DNA of 64,000 nt from an uncultured Prevotella sp. (GTDB lineage: Bacteria; Bacteroidota; Bacteroidia; Bacteroidales; Bacteroidaceae), in assembly GCA_964602785.1 (NCBI GenBank), contig CAZRSL010000006.1, forward strand, positions 240-64,239, given 5' to 3'. The first letter of the stretch is position 1. Each line of letters starts with the position of its first letter. Positions 50,988 through 60,854 of the stretch are shown in pieces. The notes beneath the pieces are model-generated. The model saw nothing but the letters and a program-made list of their open reading frames with translations, made no database searches and was not told the origin of the DNA. A program made the position numbers and the translations under genes.

Positions 50988-52652
50988 ATGGACGACAGAA
51001 AGATAACAATCCATTGCGTCAACACTGGCCGCGACATTGAGGTGGCCATGGGAAGCACCTTGCAGGACATCTATCCGCTGATGGGCATCAGCATGGAATA
51101 CGGGCCAATATCGGCAAAAGTGAACAACAAGGTTGAGGGCATGCACTACCGCCTCTACCACAACAAGGACGTGGAGTTTCTCGACCTCCACCACCCAAGC
51201 GCCATGCGCAGCTACACCCGCACGCTCTTCTTCGTGCTGAGCAAGGCCGTCCACGACCTGTACCCCAACAGCCACGTGGTGATTGACATTCCGGTGAGCA
51301 ACGGGTTCAACGTCAGTCTGACCATTGGCCACGGCATCTCCGCTGCCGATGTTGAGGCGATAAAGGCTCAAATGCAGAAGATAATCGACGCTGCAATACC
51401 CGTGAAGCGACACACTGTGCACACCCGCGACGCCATAGCACTCTTCGACGGGAAAGGCGACAAAGCCAAAGCCAAACTGCTCAGGAGCACTGGCCGACTC
51501 TACACAACATACTACTCAATCGACGACTACGTCGACTTCTACTATGGCTCGATGCTCACCAACACGGCTCAACTGCGCGTGTTCGACCTCGTGCTCAACG
51601 ATGGCAGCGTCCTCCTGCGCGTGCCTTCCACCAAAGACCCGTCGCGATTGGGGCCGTTTGTCAGCCAAGACAAGATGGTTGAGGTGTTCCACGAGCACCA
51701 CCGCTGGCAGCAAATCATCGGTCTGAGAACCGTGGGCGACCTGAACGAGGCAATACAAAAAGGCTACACCACCAATCTTATCAACGTGAGCGAAGCTCTG
51801 CAGGAGAAGAAAATTGTGAACATGGCCGAGCAAATTGCCGAACGAAAGGATGTGAAGCTGGTGCTGTTGGCTGGTCCGTCGTCGTCGGGCAAGACCACCA
51901 CGTGCAAGCGGCTGTCGGTGCAACTGCTCGCCAATGGCATCAAACCTCTGCAAATCAGTCTCGACGACTATTTCGTCGACCGTGAGCACACGCCAAAGGA
52001 TGAAAACGGCGAATATGACTACGAGAGCATCTACGCTCTCAATCTTCCGCTCATCAACAAGCAGTTCAACGCACTCTTTCACGGCGAGGAGATAGAACTT
52101 CCCAAGTACAATTTCCAGCGTGGCGCAAGCGAACCGAGCGGGCGCAAACTGCATTTGGAGAAAGACAACATTCTGGTGGTGGAAGGCATACACGCCCTCA
52201 ACCCCGAACTGACGTCGAAAATACCCGAAGAGCTGAAATTCCGCATCTACGCCTCAGCCCTTACCACCATCCTGCTCGACGACCACAACTACATACCCAC
52301 CACCGACAACCGTCTGCTGCGCCGCATCATACGCGACTACAAGTATCGTGGCACATCGGCCCGCGACACCATCCACCGTTGGCCAAGTGTTCGCGCGGGC
52401 GAGAACAAATGGATATTCCCCTATCAGGAGCGCGCCGACGCCATGTTCAACACGGCCATGCTCTTCGAACTGGCTGTGATAAAGACCCAAGCGGAGCCGC
52501 TGCTGCAGGAAGTGCCCGAGGACTGTGAGGAATACAGCGAGGCCTACCGCTTGCTAAAGTTCCTCGGTTATTTCAAGCCAGTGCCCTATCGCAACCTGCC
52601 GCCAACTTCGCTGCTGAGAGAGTTCCTCGGTGGTTCGTCGTTCAAGTACTGA
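50988..52652 (+). CDS. Uridine/nucleoside kinase fused to TGS/ThrRS-like N-terminal domains
   Basis: AGPSSSGKTT, SLDDYF, EGIHALNP, RLLRRIIRD; ATG at 50988. Confidence 0.88.
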   Translation: MDDRKITIHCVNTGRDIEVAMGSTLQDIYPLMGISMEYGPISAKVNNKVEGMHYRLYHNKDVEFLDLHHPSAMRSYTRTLFFVLSKAVHDLYPNSHVVIDIPVSNGFNVSLTIGHGISAADVEAIKAQMQKIIDAAIPVKRHTVHTRDAIALFDGKGDKAKAKLLRSTGRLYTTYYSIDDYVDFYYGSMLTNTAQLRVFDLVLNDGSVLLRVPSTKDPSRLGPFVSQDKMVEVFHEHHRWQQIIGLRTVGDLNEAIQKGYTTNLINVSEALQEKKIVNMAEQIAERKDVKLVLLAGPSSSGKTTTCKRLSVQLLANGIKPLQISLDDYFVDREHTPKDENGEYDYESIYALNLPLINKQFNALFHGEEIELPKYNFQRGASEPSGRKLHLEKDNILVVEGIHALNPELTSKIPEELKFRIYASALTTILLDDHNYIPTTDNRLLRRIIRDYKYRGTSARDTIHRWPSVRAGENKWIFPYQERADAMFNTAMLFELAVIKTQAEPLLQEVPEDCEEYSEAYRLLKFLGYFKPVPYRNLPPTSLLREFLGGSSFKY

Positions 52653-52685
52653 TTAATTCAAGAAAACGGCAGCTTTGCGGTTCAC

Positions 52686-52763
52686 GACACGTGTGAAAAA
52701 CACATTTCACACGTGTCAAAAATGTTTTCCACACGTGTCAAAAATATTTTTTACACGTATAGA
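52686..52763. repeat. 22-bp tandem repeat with ACACGTG core, 4 units
   Basis: ACACGT at 52687, 52709, 52731 and 52753; same family as 19264-19349. Confidence 0.9.
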
Positions 52764-52784
52764 AAAGCAAGAAAGAGCATCTTT

Positions 52785-53179
52785 CACTTTATCAACAAAC
52801 TGTGGATAAACCTGTGGAAAACCTCTTTAAAAGCCGTTGAAACCACTTTGACAACCCAGCGGTTATCCACACCACTCAGAAAAGCTACTCCAACAGTGGA
52901 TAATCCAAGTTTTTCCGACACAGTTTTACCGAAGTTTTCCACCTAAATCCATTGCCGAAAGATATAAACTTATTAATTTTGCACCGAAAACAGAAATTGT
53001 GGAAAACTATGATATATGGCTGACAGTCAAAAGATAAAAATAAACAAAACTGTTGATAACGCATCGGCATAGTGTTGACAACAAAAATGGGCACAGTGGC
53101 GACTGAAGTTTTCAACATTATCCACACCATATCATCACCATCATATATTTTTTAAAAAGAAAGAATAAATAATATAAAT
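52785..53179. other. Putative chromosomal replication origin (oriC)
   Basis: Perfect DnaA boxes at 52801, 52863 and 53118 plus about 8 near-matches; tandem boxes followed by trinucleotide repeats and an AT-rich stretch. Confidence 0.8.
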
Positions 53180-54169
53180 ATGAAAAGAGAATGGCTTGAG
53201 CAAGGATACATCGACGAACCAGCTCCCGAAGGCGTAGACCTGAAGAAAGAGATAAGACGAATGTGCAAGGAGAAGAACGCCATCATACTGGCCCACTACT
53301 ACACTGTGGGCGAGATACAGGATGTGGCCGACTTCGTTGGCGATTCGCTCGCGCTGGCCCGCAAGGCCGCTGAGACCGATGCCAGCACTATGGTGATGGC
53401 GGGAGTACACTTCATGGCCGAGACGTGCAAGCTGCTTTCGCCCGAAAAGACGGTGCTGTGCCCCGACCTCAACGCCGGATGCAGTCTGGCCGACAGCTGT
53501 CGCGCCGAAGACTTGAAAGCCTACATCAACGAGCATCCGGGCTACAAGGTAATCAGCTACGTCAACACCACAGCGGCGGTGAAGGCTCTCAGCTACTGCG
53601 TGGTTACTTCGGGCAACGCAAAAAAAGTAATCGACAGTCTGCCCAAGGACATGAAGCTGATATTCGGCCCCGACTACAACCTGGGCAACTACATCAACTC
53701 GGTTACCGGTCGGGATATGCTGTTGTGGAACGGCGGATGCCACGTCCACGAGAAGTTCAGCGTCGCCGAGATAGTGAAGCTGAAGCGCGAGAACCCCGAC
53801 GCCGTGGTGATGGCCCATTTGGAGTGCAAGGCTTCGGTGCTTGCCATAGCCGACGTGAAAGGCTCCACGGCCACCATGCTCAAATATGCCCAGCAGCACC
53901 CCGAGCAGCATAAGTTCATCGTGGCCACCGAGGCGGGCATACTGCACGAGATGCAGCGCACGTGCCCGCGCCAGACGTTCATACCAGTGCCGCCGGAGGT
54001 GTCGGAAGGCTCCATCGGCTGTTCGTGCAACGAGTGCGAGTATATGAAGATGAACTCGCTGCTGAAGATATACAACGCGCTGAAATATGGATTCCCCGAG
54101 GTTACTGTCGACCCGGCCATCGCCGCCGAGGCCGTGAAGCCTATTGAGAGGATGCTGAGCCTGAGTTGA
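53180..54169 (+). CDS. nadA: Quinolinate synthase
   Basis: ILAHYY, GVHFMAET, AGCSLA, GGCHVHE, CEYMKMN. Confidence 0.97.
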   Translation: MKREWLEQGYIDEPAPEGVDLKKEIRRMCKEKNAIILAHYYTVGEIQDVADFVGDSLALARKAAETDASTMVMAGVHFMAETCKLLSPEKTVLCPDLNAGCSLADSCRAEDLKAYINEHPGYKVISYVNTTAAVKALSYCVVTSGNAKKVIDSLPKDMKLIFGPDYNLGNYINSVTGRDMLLWNGGCHVHEKFSVAEIVKLKRENPDAVVMAHLECKASVLAIADVKGSTATMLKYAQQHPEQHKFIVATEAGILHEMQRTCPRQTFIPVPPEVSEGSIGCSCNECEYMKMNSLLKIYNALKYGFPEVTVDPAIAAEAVKPIERMLSLS

Positions 54170-54752
54170 CCTCGTATATCACGAGATTGCGTGGCAGCGT
54201 GATTAGTTTCAGTCGGCTGTACCACACCTTTGGCGAGCCCTCCACAATGCGTGTGGTGTGGCTGCTGATGATGTAGTAAGAAGCCGAGTACTCGTCCATC
54301 AGCGCGTTGAATGCCGCCTTTATGCGCGAGCATTTCTCGTTGATGGCGTTGTCGAGCGGATTGGTCAGCCTTTCCACAGTCTCGGCTATTTTCTCCTTGT
54401 CGAGCCGGTTGGCCATGCGTTCATATATCGTGTAAAGTTCGTCGCGATAGTCGCTGAGCCTTTTGAACTCTATGCCTTCAGGGTGGTTGAGGAGGAGCAG
54501 GTAGAGAGCGCGGTGCACAGGGCTTAGCTCCACCACCCTATTGCCGCGCTCCAACACGAGCCTGTAGTCGGCGGTGACTATGAGCCGGCTCAGTGTGCCT
54601 CGGGCTGCCTCTATGCGAAGCTGCTCCAGCGTGGGCACGCTGATGGCCTGCACCAGCAGGTCGTAGCGGCCCATGGCCACAAGCTGGTTGGTCAGTTGCC
54701 TCAGCTCCTGCGCTATATTCAAGGCTTTCTCGTTGTCGTCCTCTCTGTTCAT
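54141..54752 (-). CDS. Conserved hypothetical protein, possible winged-helix DNA-binding domain
   Basis: ELSPVHRALYLLLLNHPEGI...INEKCSRIKAAF resembles OmpR-like wHTH helices; overlaps the nadA 3' end convergently. Confidence 0.6.
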   Translation of the reverse strand: MNREDDNEKALNIAQELRQLTNQLVAMGRYDLLVQAISVPTLEQLRIEAARGTLSRLIVTADYRLVLERGNRVVELSPVHRALYLLLLNHPEGIEFKRLSDYRDELYTIYERMANRLDKEKIAETVERLTNPLDNAINEKCSRIKAAFNALMDEYSASYYIISSHTTRIVEGSPKVWYSRLKLITLPRNLVIYEVNSGSASSQ

Positions 54753-54766
54753 TTACAAATAATTGG

Positions 54767-56209
54767 TTATGCGAACAAGTCGTCGAGCTTAATCTGCGAT
54801 TGTACTATGCCACTGTATTTTCCTTGTGTTATGCCGTAAGTGGTAACCATAGTGAGGTGAACAGTTTGCCGTGGCGACAAAGTGGCTTTCAAGGTCTCTA
54901 TCCTTTTTCTCAGCCGCATGTTCTCATCTTTATCAATAGTATATGTTGAGCCTGAAAACTTCATTTCACATAGGTTGACCACATTGTCATTTCGTAAGAT
55001 GAGCATGTCTATCTGCACACCTTCTTGTGTTTCGTTACCCTTGATGCACCATGCCGACAAAGATGTTTTTACTCCTCCTATTTCAAGAGCTTTCTTTATT
55101 ATGTCGGCATGTTGCCAGCACACTTCTTCAAATGCTATGCCGCGCCAAGATTTCATTATGTCGGACGTTATGTTGTCTTTCATAAACTTAGCATAGTCTG
55201 TGTTGTTTTCCACATTTTTAAGCCAGAATATGCAAAAGTTGTCGATGAGCTTATAGCGTTCGGTCTTGCCAGAGACACCGTAAGGAGTGTATCGTTGAAT
55301 GAAATCGCTCTCAGCCAGCGACGCAAGTGTGTTGGTAAGTCCGCCACCAAGAGGTAATCCAGTCGATTCGGCTATTTCATCACGCGAGTATCCGCTGTGC
55401 CTCTTGGCAAGCAGACGGATTATTTTCTTGCAGTCATCGGCATTGTTGAAAATGGCTCCGAAAAGTCGGTTGAATTCATCTTTAAGTTTTGGGCTTTTCC
55501 CAAAAAGAATATTGTCAACATTACTCTCAAAACTCATTCCCTTTCGAAAATAACTGAGATAATATGGAATGCCGCCAAACACCATGTACGTCTGTGTGAT
55601 GTCGTACCTTGACATTTCTATGTTTTCACTTTCAAAATATTGTTCGCATTCTTTCAATGTGAAAGGTGAGAGTTTTATCTCGTCGGTGAGGCGGCCATAA
55701 AGACCGCCTTTGTTTTTTGTGAGATTGTTGAGTATCCACGAAGTTGCGCTCCCACAGACTATTAGCATGATGTTGTCGCGTCCACTGCACCATCCGTTCC
55801 AGAAACTCTCAAAAGCTGGGATAAAGCCAGAACGAGGAGTGTCCATCCATGGCAGCTCATCGAAGAAAATAACTTGGCGTTTGCCGTCATCAATACGGCC
55901 AAGCAGTTGCTCAAGTTGAAAAAATGCCTCCATCCACGAACTTGGTGCTTTCATTCCCTCAAGTCCATGGTTTAGCAGTGAATAATAGAAACTCTCCAAC
56001 TGTGTTTTCAGTTGGTTGCGCTCACCTTCTTGGTCTATTGGCGACACTCCCGTGTGCTGGAATGTTATCCTGTCTTTCAAAGCATGTTTTATAAGAAATG
56101 TCTTGCCCACGCGCCGTCTGCCATATACTGCCACAAATTCAGCCCGCCCGCTGTTGTATATGCGTTCGAGCTCATTTATCTCCTTTTCCCTGCCAATTAT
56201 TTTATTCAT
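54767..56209 (-). CDS. AAA-family ATPase (archaeal-ATPase type) with wHTH and C-terminal PD-(D/E)xK-like domain
   Basis: IIGREKE, GRRRVGKT, FFDELPW, CGSA, GGIPYYL, QIDMLI...CEMKF; ATG at 56209; AT-rich. Confidence 0.88.
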   Translation of the reverse strand: MNKIIGREKEINELERIYNSGRAEFVAVYGRRRVGKTFLIKHALKDRITFQHTGVSPIDQEGERNQLKTQLESFYYSLLNHGLEGMKAPSSWMEAFFQLEQLLGRIDDGKRQVIFFDELPWMDTPRSGFIPAFESFWNGWCSGRDNIMLIVCGSATSWILNNLTKNKGGLYGRLTDEIKLSPFTLKECEQYFESENIEMSRYDITQTYMVFGGIPYYLSYFRKGMSFESNVDNILFGKSPKLKDEFNRLFGAIFNNADDCKKIIRLLAKRHSGYSRDEIAESTGLPLGGGLTNTLASLAESDFIQRYTPYGVSGKTERYKLIDNFCIFWLKNVENNTDYAKFMKDNITSDIMKSWRGIAFEEVCWQHADIIKKALEIGGVKTSLSAWCIKGNETQEGVQIDMLILRNDNVVNLCEMKFSGSTYTIDKDENMRLRKRIETLKATLSPRQTVHLTMVTTYGITQGKYSGIVQSQIKLDDLFA

Positions 56210-56422
56210 AATGATGACTTTATTTTGCCGCAAAGATAATAAATAATATAGAATCGGCAAAATAAACTATAGCTTATTCTGCCGATTCTCGTGTTTTTTC
56301 TCGTTTGTGGCAAAATAGCGTATTACGTTGATTGTGCATTAAAATGTTTCGCAAGCCTTGCGGACGCTTCGGCGGCTCGCTTTTTATTTCTAACTTTGCG
56401 GCTGAAAAACAAAACGAAAACA

Positions 56423-57718
56423 ATGAACAACAACATACTGGACTTTGGACCTGTAGAGGACAAATCGAAAGAGATTATCAAGGTGATAGGCGTGGGCGGT
56501 GGTGGCTGCAACGCCGTCAACCGTATGTATAATGAGGGCATAAAGAATGTGTCGTTCGCCGTGTGCAACACCGACAGCCAGAGCTTGGCAAAGTCGCCTG
56601 TTCCGGTAAAACTTCAGCTTGGCAAAACAGGTTTGGGTGCTGGAGCCAAACCTGAGTTGGGGCGCAGCGAGGCCATCAGCACCAAAGAGCAGATAGAAAA
56701 ACTCTTCGACGACAACACGAAGATGTGCTTTGTTACCGCTGGAATGGGCGGTGGCACGGGTACTGGAGCCGGCCCCGTGGTGGCCGGAATAGCCAAGAGC
56801 AAGGGCATACTGACCATTGGAATAGTTACAATACCATTCTTCTTTGAGAAGCGACCCAAGATTATCAAGGCTCTCCGCGGTGTTGAGGAGATGCGTAAGA
56901 ACGTTGATGCGCTCCTTATAGTCAACAACGAGCGGCTGTGCGACATCTATTCCGTCTCGAAAACAGCTGTGAAAGATGCTTTCCGAGCCGCCGACCGCAT
57001 TCTGAGCGACGCCACAAAGGGCATTTCAGAACTGATTACGGTGGAGGGAACTATCAATCTCGACTTCCGCGATGTGGAGTCGACAATGCGTGGAGGTGGT
57101 GGCGCATTCATGGCAATGGGCAGAGCCAGTGGGGAGCGACGGGTGGAGAAGGCCATAATCGACGCGCTCGACTCTCCCCTACTCTACGGCAGCGACATAA
57201 CTAAGGCCACGAGAATACTTTTCAACATCTACACCAGCAACAAATCGCCTCTATTCGTTAGCGAGATGCAGGAGATAGACTCCTTCATGTATGAGCTGAA
57301 CCCCGACATCGACGTTATATGGGGCACGTCGGACGATGACTCGCTCGAAGACGACGCCAAAGTGCTGATTCTGGCCACTGGACTCGACAATGAATTCAAC
57401 ATTCAGGGCACGGATGAAACCCATGTTGACGAAAAAAAATACTACGACGAGGTGATAGCGAAGCTCTATAAGGAGCCAATGCCGAACGCTCCGCTACACG
57501 ACTTTAAGCCGGAAAAGAAGCAGGAGGAGCTTGTTGAGGAACCAGAGCAAACGACAGAGCCAGAGGAAGAGTTAATGATGGAACCAGAACCCCTACCCCA
57601 GCCCACTCCTGAGATAGAGGAAGAACCCGACGATGGCGAAAGGCCCACCGATGCAAAGTCGTTTATCAACCGCCTGAAGCGCAATCTGATGAAGAAACTG
57701 GGCGACTTCTATGAGTGA
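56423..57718 (+). CDS. ftsZ: FtsZ-family tubulin-like GTPase, probable paralog outside the dcw cluster
   Basis: KVIGVGGGGCNAV, GAGA, AGMGGGTGTG, INLDFRDV; acidic Pro-rich linker; ATG at 56423. Confidence 0.88.
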   Translation: MNNNILDFGPVEDKSKEIIKVIGVGGGGCNAVNRMYNEGIKNVSFAVCNTDSQSLAKSPVPVKLQLGKTGLGAGAKPELGRSEAISTKEQIEKLFDDNTKMCFVTAGMGGGTGTGAGPVVAGIAKSKGILTIGIVTIPFFFEKRPKIIKALRGVEEMRKNVDALLIVNNERLCDIYSVSKTAVKDAFRAADRILSDATKGISELITVEGTINLDFRDVESTMRGGGGAFMAMGRASGERRVEKAIIDALDSPLLYGSDITKATRILFNIYTSNKSPLFVSEMQEIDSFMYELNPDIDVIWGTSDDDSLEDDAKVLILATGLDNEFNIQGTDETHVDEKKYYDEVIAKLYKEPMPNAPLHDFKPEKKQEELVEEPEQTTEPEEELMMEPEPLPQPTPEIEEEPDDGERPTDAKSFINRLKRNLMKKLGDFYE

Positions 57719-57800
57719 GCCGAACACCTCATTTTCCACAAATTTATAAATAATTGTAGTAATGTGTATAAAAAAGTTCTTATCCTTTATTAATGAAATG

Positions 57801-57911
57801 TCCACTTGTAGTGGCCGTCCCTTGTGGCGGCCATAAAACAATGTTCTTTCCTTTTTTTAATAGGTCGAACATTAATAATGGCCGCCACAAGGGACGGCCA
57901 CTACAAGTGGA
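57801..57911. repeat. GTAG-type REP doublet (REPIN-like) with perfect 34-bp arms
   Basis: TCCACTTGTAGTGGCCGTCCCTTGTGGCGGCCAT and its reverse complement; spacer related to 39303-39424 and 41762-41884. Confidence 0.8.
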
Positions 57912-58224
57912 AAAGTACAGGTTGATAGGGTAATATTAATAATGCTACGCAATGCTTGAATTATGATACACCCTCGCAATTGGCAATAATGCAGTAATTA
58001 TGGCATGATAAAAAATGCCTCTACGGTTCGCTTCCATTGGCAAACAATGAATTATGATATTTCGAAAGTTGAGTTACAAATCACTCTGCCATAGTGTTAA
58101 AACCATAAAAAACCTGTTAAGACTGGGCGGGCGGGGCATAGTCTGTTCCCATTTCTCAGTTTTTTTTGCTAATTTTGTAACGAAATCAAATAACGACTGA
58201 TTAAGTTATCTCCCATTCCTTAGC

Positions 58225-59109
58225 ATGGACGGACTATCCATACTCATACCTGTTTACCGCGACAACTGCCTCAAGCAGGTGGAGAGTCTTGTGGCGCAGT
58301 GCCGCAAGATGGCTGAGCGGGGATTGAAATGGGAAATACTGGTGGCCGACGATGGTTCGCCAGTCGATGAGAGCCTGATAAATTCGCCGATAGGGCGCAT
58401 GGAGAACTGCACTTTCATCAAGCGCAACCGCAACTATGGCCGCTCTTCCACGCGCAACTTCCTTGTCCAGTTGGCCCATTACGACACTTTACTCTTTCAG
58501 GACTCTGGACTTCAACCATCAGAACATCTTGTTGAAACATACATAAACTATGCTGGCAAAGCTCAAGTGGTGTGTGGCTCGGTAGAGGTGGCGGCAGAGG
58601 CAATGAGCAGAAGTTCACTCCGCGCCATCTATGAGGCTGCCTACAGCCGCCACGCCACACCGAAGAAGCTAAACCGCCATCCCCACCAGAGTTTCCGCTC
58701 GTGCAACTTCATGGCTTCGCGGCATATGATGCTGCAGCATCCATTCAGCGAGGACATAAAGAAATATGGCTATGAGGACGTGCTGTTTGGCAAGCGGTTG
58801 AAAGAGAGTGGGGTAGGGGTGCTCCACATCGACAATCCCGTCAGATATGTAAACATGGAGAGCAACAGCCAATACATGCGGAAAGTGGACGAGGCCATGG
58901 CCACACTCTATGAGAATCGCGATGAGGTGATGGGCTATTCCCGCTTGCTCTCACTGGTGGAGCGGTTGAAGCGGCTTCGTATGCTTGGCGTTGTCAATGT
59001 GCTGGGCAAACTCACCGTCAATGCCATCCGTAAGCAATTGGAGGGCAAGCGTCCCAGTCTGCTGCTGTTCAATGTTTACCGTGGGCTGACGTTGGCGGCG
59101 AAATATTAG
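58225..59109 (+). CDS. Glycosyltransferase family 2
   Basis: LSILIPVY, ADDGS, NYGRSSTRN, YGYEDVLFG. Confidence 0.9.
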   Translation: MDGLSILIPVYRDNCLKQVESLVAQCRKMAERGLKWEILVADDGSPVDESLINSPIGRMENCTFIKRNRNYGRSSTRNFLVQLAHYDTLLFQDSGLQPSEHLVETYINYAGKAQVVCGSVEVAAEAMSRSSLRAIYEAAYSRHATPKKLNRHPHQSFRSCNFMASRHMMLQHPFSEDIKKYGYEDVLFGKRLKESGVGVLHIDNPVRYVNMESNSQYMRKVDEAMATLYENRDEVMGYSRLLSLVERLKRLRMLGVVNVLGKLTVNAIRKQLEGKRPSLLLFNVYRGLTLAAKY

Positions 59110-59118
59110 TTGGGAAAT

Positions 59119-59191
59119 GTAGGGGCATGATTTATCATGCCCACCATTGGCAAAAGTGCAGAGTTTCGGGCATGATAAATCATGCCCCTAC
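59119..59191. repeat. GTAG-type REP doublet (REPIN-like)
   Basis: GTAGGGGCATGATTTATCATGCCC...GGGCATGATAAATCATGCCCCTAC. Confidence 0.8.
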
Positions 59192-59250
59192 GTGTAGAAT
59201 TGTATTTACTAACAGAGACACTGCATTACTTCAGAAAAATGAGTTAGGTA

Positions 59251-59289
59251 AAAAGAGGCCACAATGTAAATGACACTGTGGCCTCTTTT
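59251..59289. terminator. Bidirectional terminator
   Basis: AAAAGAGGCCACA...TGTGGCCTCTTTT between convergent genes. Confidence 0.8.
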
Positions 59290-59294
59290 CTATT

Positions 59295-60665
59295 CTAATT
59301 AAACGAATCCTCTATCTCTTTTTTCTTGCGGCTTATGTTGTCGTTGTTGCCGTTTATATGATTAAGGATGTCTTGCTTCTCTTTCTCATATTCTTCAGAA
59401 CTCATTGGCTTGTCGTATGGATAAGTGCCATTCTCCAACGCGTTCAACTTCGATTTCCAATAATGATTAGAATCGTTCGACCTGTTTATGCTTCTCTGGC
59501 GACTCTGATTGCGATTTCTGTTGGCTTTTGACTTTTGATAATCTTCCTCGTTATTATATATTCTATTGTATCTTTCCCTCGTTATATATTTTTCCCCGTT
59601 GTTTCGTATTCTTTCAAATTTAGCGATCAACCTGTCCCATTGTTTTATAGTCTTTTTTATACTTCCCTCATCGACATTATCAATAACACTATTACTTCCA
59701 CCTCTCTTTTGTCTGATTTGTTTCATTTTCTTTTGTGCGGCTGATTCTTCATGGACTGTTATGAGTTTGCCGTTTATTCTTTTTGTCTTTTTAATCGACA
59801 TATTGTTATAATGTTCTCTGCTTCGTACTTTGTCAGATAATTGCCTTTCCATTTGGCTTTTCTCCCTTTTCAGTTTGTTTATGGCGGCATCAACGCTCAC
59901 CATGTCTCCACTGGCAATGTCATCATCATCGTAGCTGTCGTCACTGCCACTGATATCGTCGGTCAAACTGCTTGCGTCGCCGTCAGCTCCAATTACAGCA
60001 AGTGCCGCCACACCCACTGCTACCACTGTGGCCGCGCCAACACCCACTGCCGTCCACACTTTCTTGCGCTTCTCTTTCACCTCTTCCTTGTGGACGGCTA
60101 TTTGGTCAAGATAGTTTTGGGCTGTTGCACGCTCTGTCTTGGTGCTCTTGGGGTTGTCCATCACACGGTTGAAGCTACTTCGGGCCTTGTTCCACTTCTT
60201 GTCGTTGATGAAGCTGATGCCTTGCCTGAGTTCATCGCTGCTGCTCAGTTGTGGGCGGTTGGCTTCCTTTTTGGCCTTTATCTTGTCCACAAGATTGGTG
60301 GCTTTCTTTGTTTTCTTTTCAGTCTTGGGTTTGTCGGCTTTTTCCGGCTTCTTCTCGGTTACCTTTGTTTCCTTTGGCTTGTCGGCTTTGGCCAGTTTGG
60401 TCTCGGTTGGATTCTTTTCGGTTGCCTTGGCAGCTGGTTTTGTGGTTGTGGCTTGTTTTTTTGCCGCCGGAATGGTTATGGTCTGCCCCACATAGATGGT
60501 TTTGCTCTTGTTGGCCTGCTTCAGTTGGCTTTCAGTGATGCCATATTTCTGCGCTATCGAGGCGTAGGTCTCGCCGCGGCGCACGGTGTGCTGTTGCTTC
60601 TGGGCATAGCCGACGAGGAGCGATGCCGCAAGGATTATAGTTGCAAGAAAGCGTTTATGGGTCAT
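59295..60665 (-). CDS. LysM protein with Lys-rich linker, TPR-like helix pair, hydrophobic helix and AT-rich C-terminal domain
   Basis: Start MTHKRF (60665), signal peptide, HTVRRGETYASIAQKYGIT LysM. Confidence 0.8.
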   Translation of the reverse strand: MTHKRFLATIILAASLLVGYAQKQQHTVRRGETYASIAQKYGITESQLKQANKSKTIYVGQTITIPAAKKQATTTKPAAKATEKNPTETKLAKADKPKETKVTEKKPEKADKPKTEKKTKKATNLVDKIKAKKEANRPQLSSSDELRQGISFINDKKWNKARSSFNRVMDNPKSTKTERATAQNYLDQIAVHKEEVKEKRKKVWTAVGVGAATVVAVGVAALAVIGADGDASSLTDDISGSDDSYDDDDIASGDMVSVDAAINKLKREKSQMERQLSDKVRSREHYNNMSIKKTKRINGKLITVHEESAAQKKMKQIRQKRGGSNSVIDNVDEGSIKKTIKQWDRLIAKFERIRNNGEKYITRERYNRIYNNEEDYQKSKANRNRNQSRQRSINRSNDSNHYWKSKLNALENGTYPYDKPMSSEEYEKEKQDILNHINGNNDNISRKKKEIEDSFN

Positions 60666-60854
60666 AGTTCTTTGGGTGTTGGTTGGTGTTGTCGCCCTCG
60701 CCATGCTCAGTGTGGCCCACACTTGTAGCTTAGGAGTAACGGTTTTGTCTACAAAAGTAGTATAAATTACGAATTTATGCAAATATTTGGACTGAAAAGT
60801 TTTAGATTTGCTAAAAAAGTGATTTCTAAGTTAGAAAGAGAATAGCATTTACCT

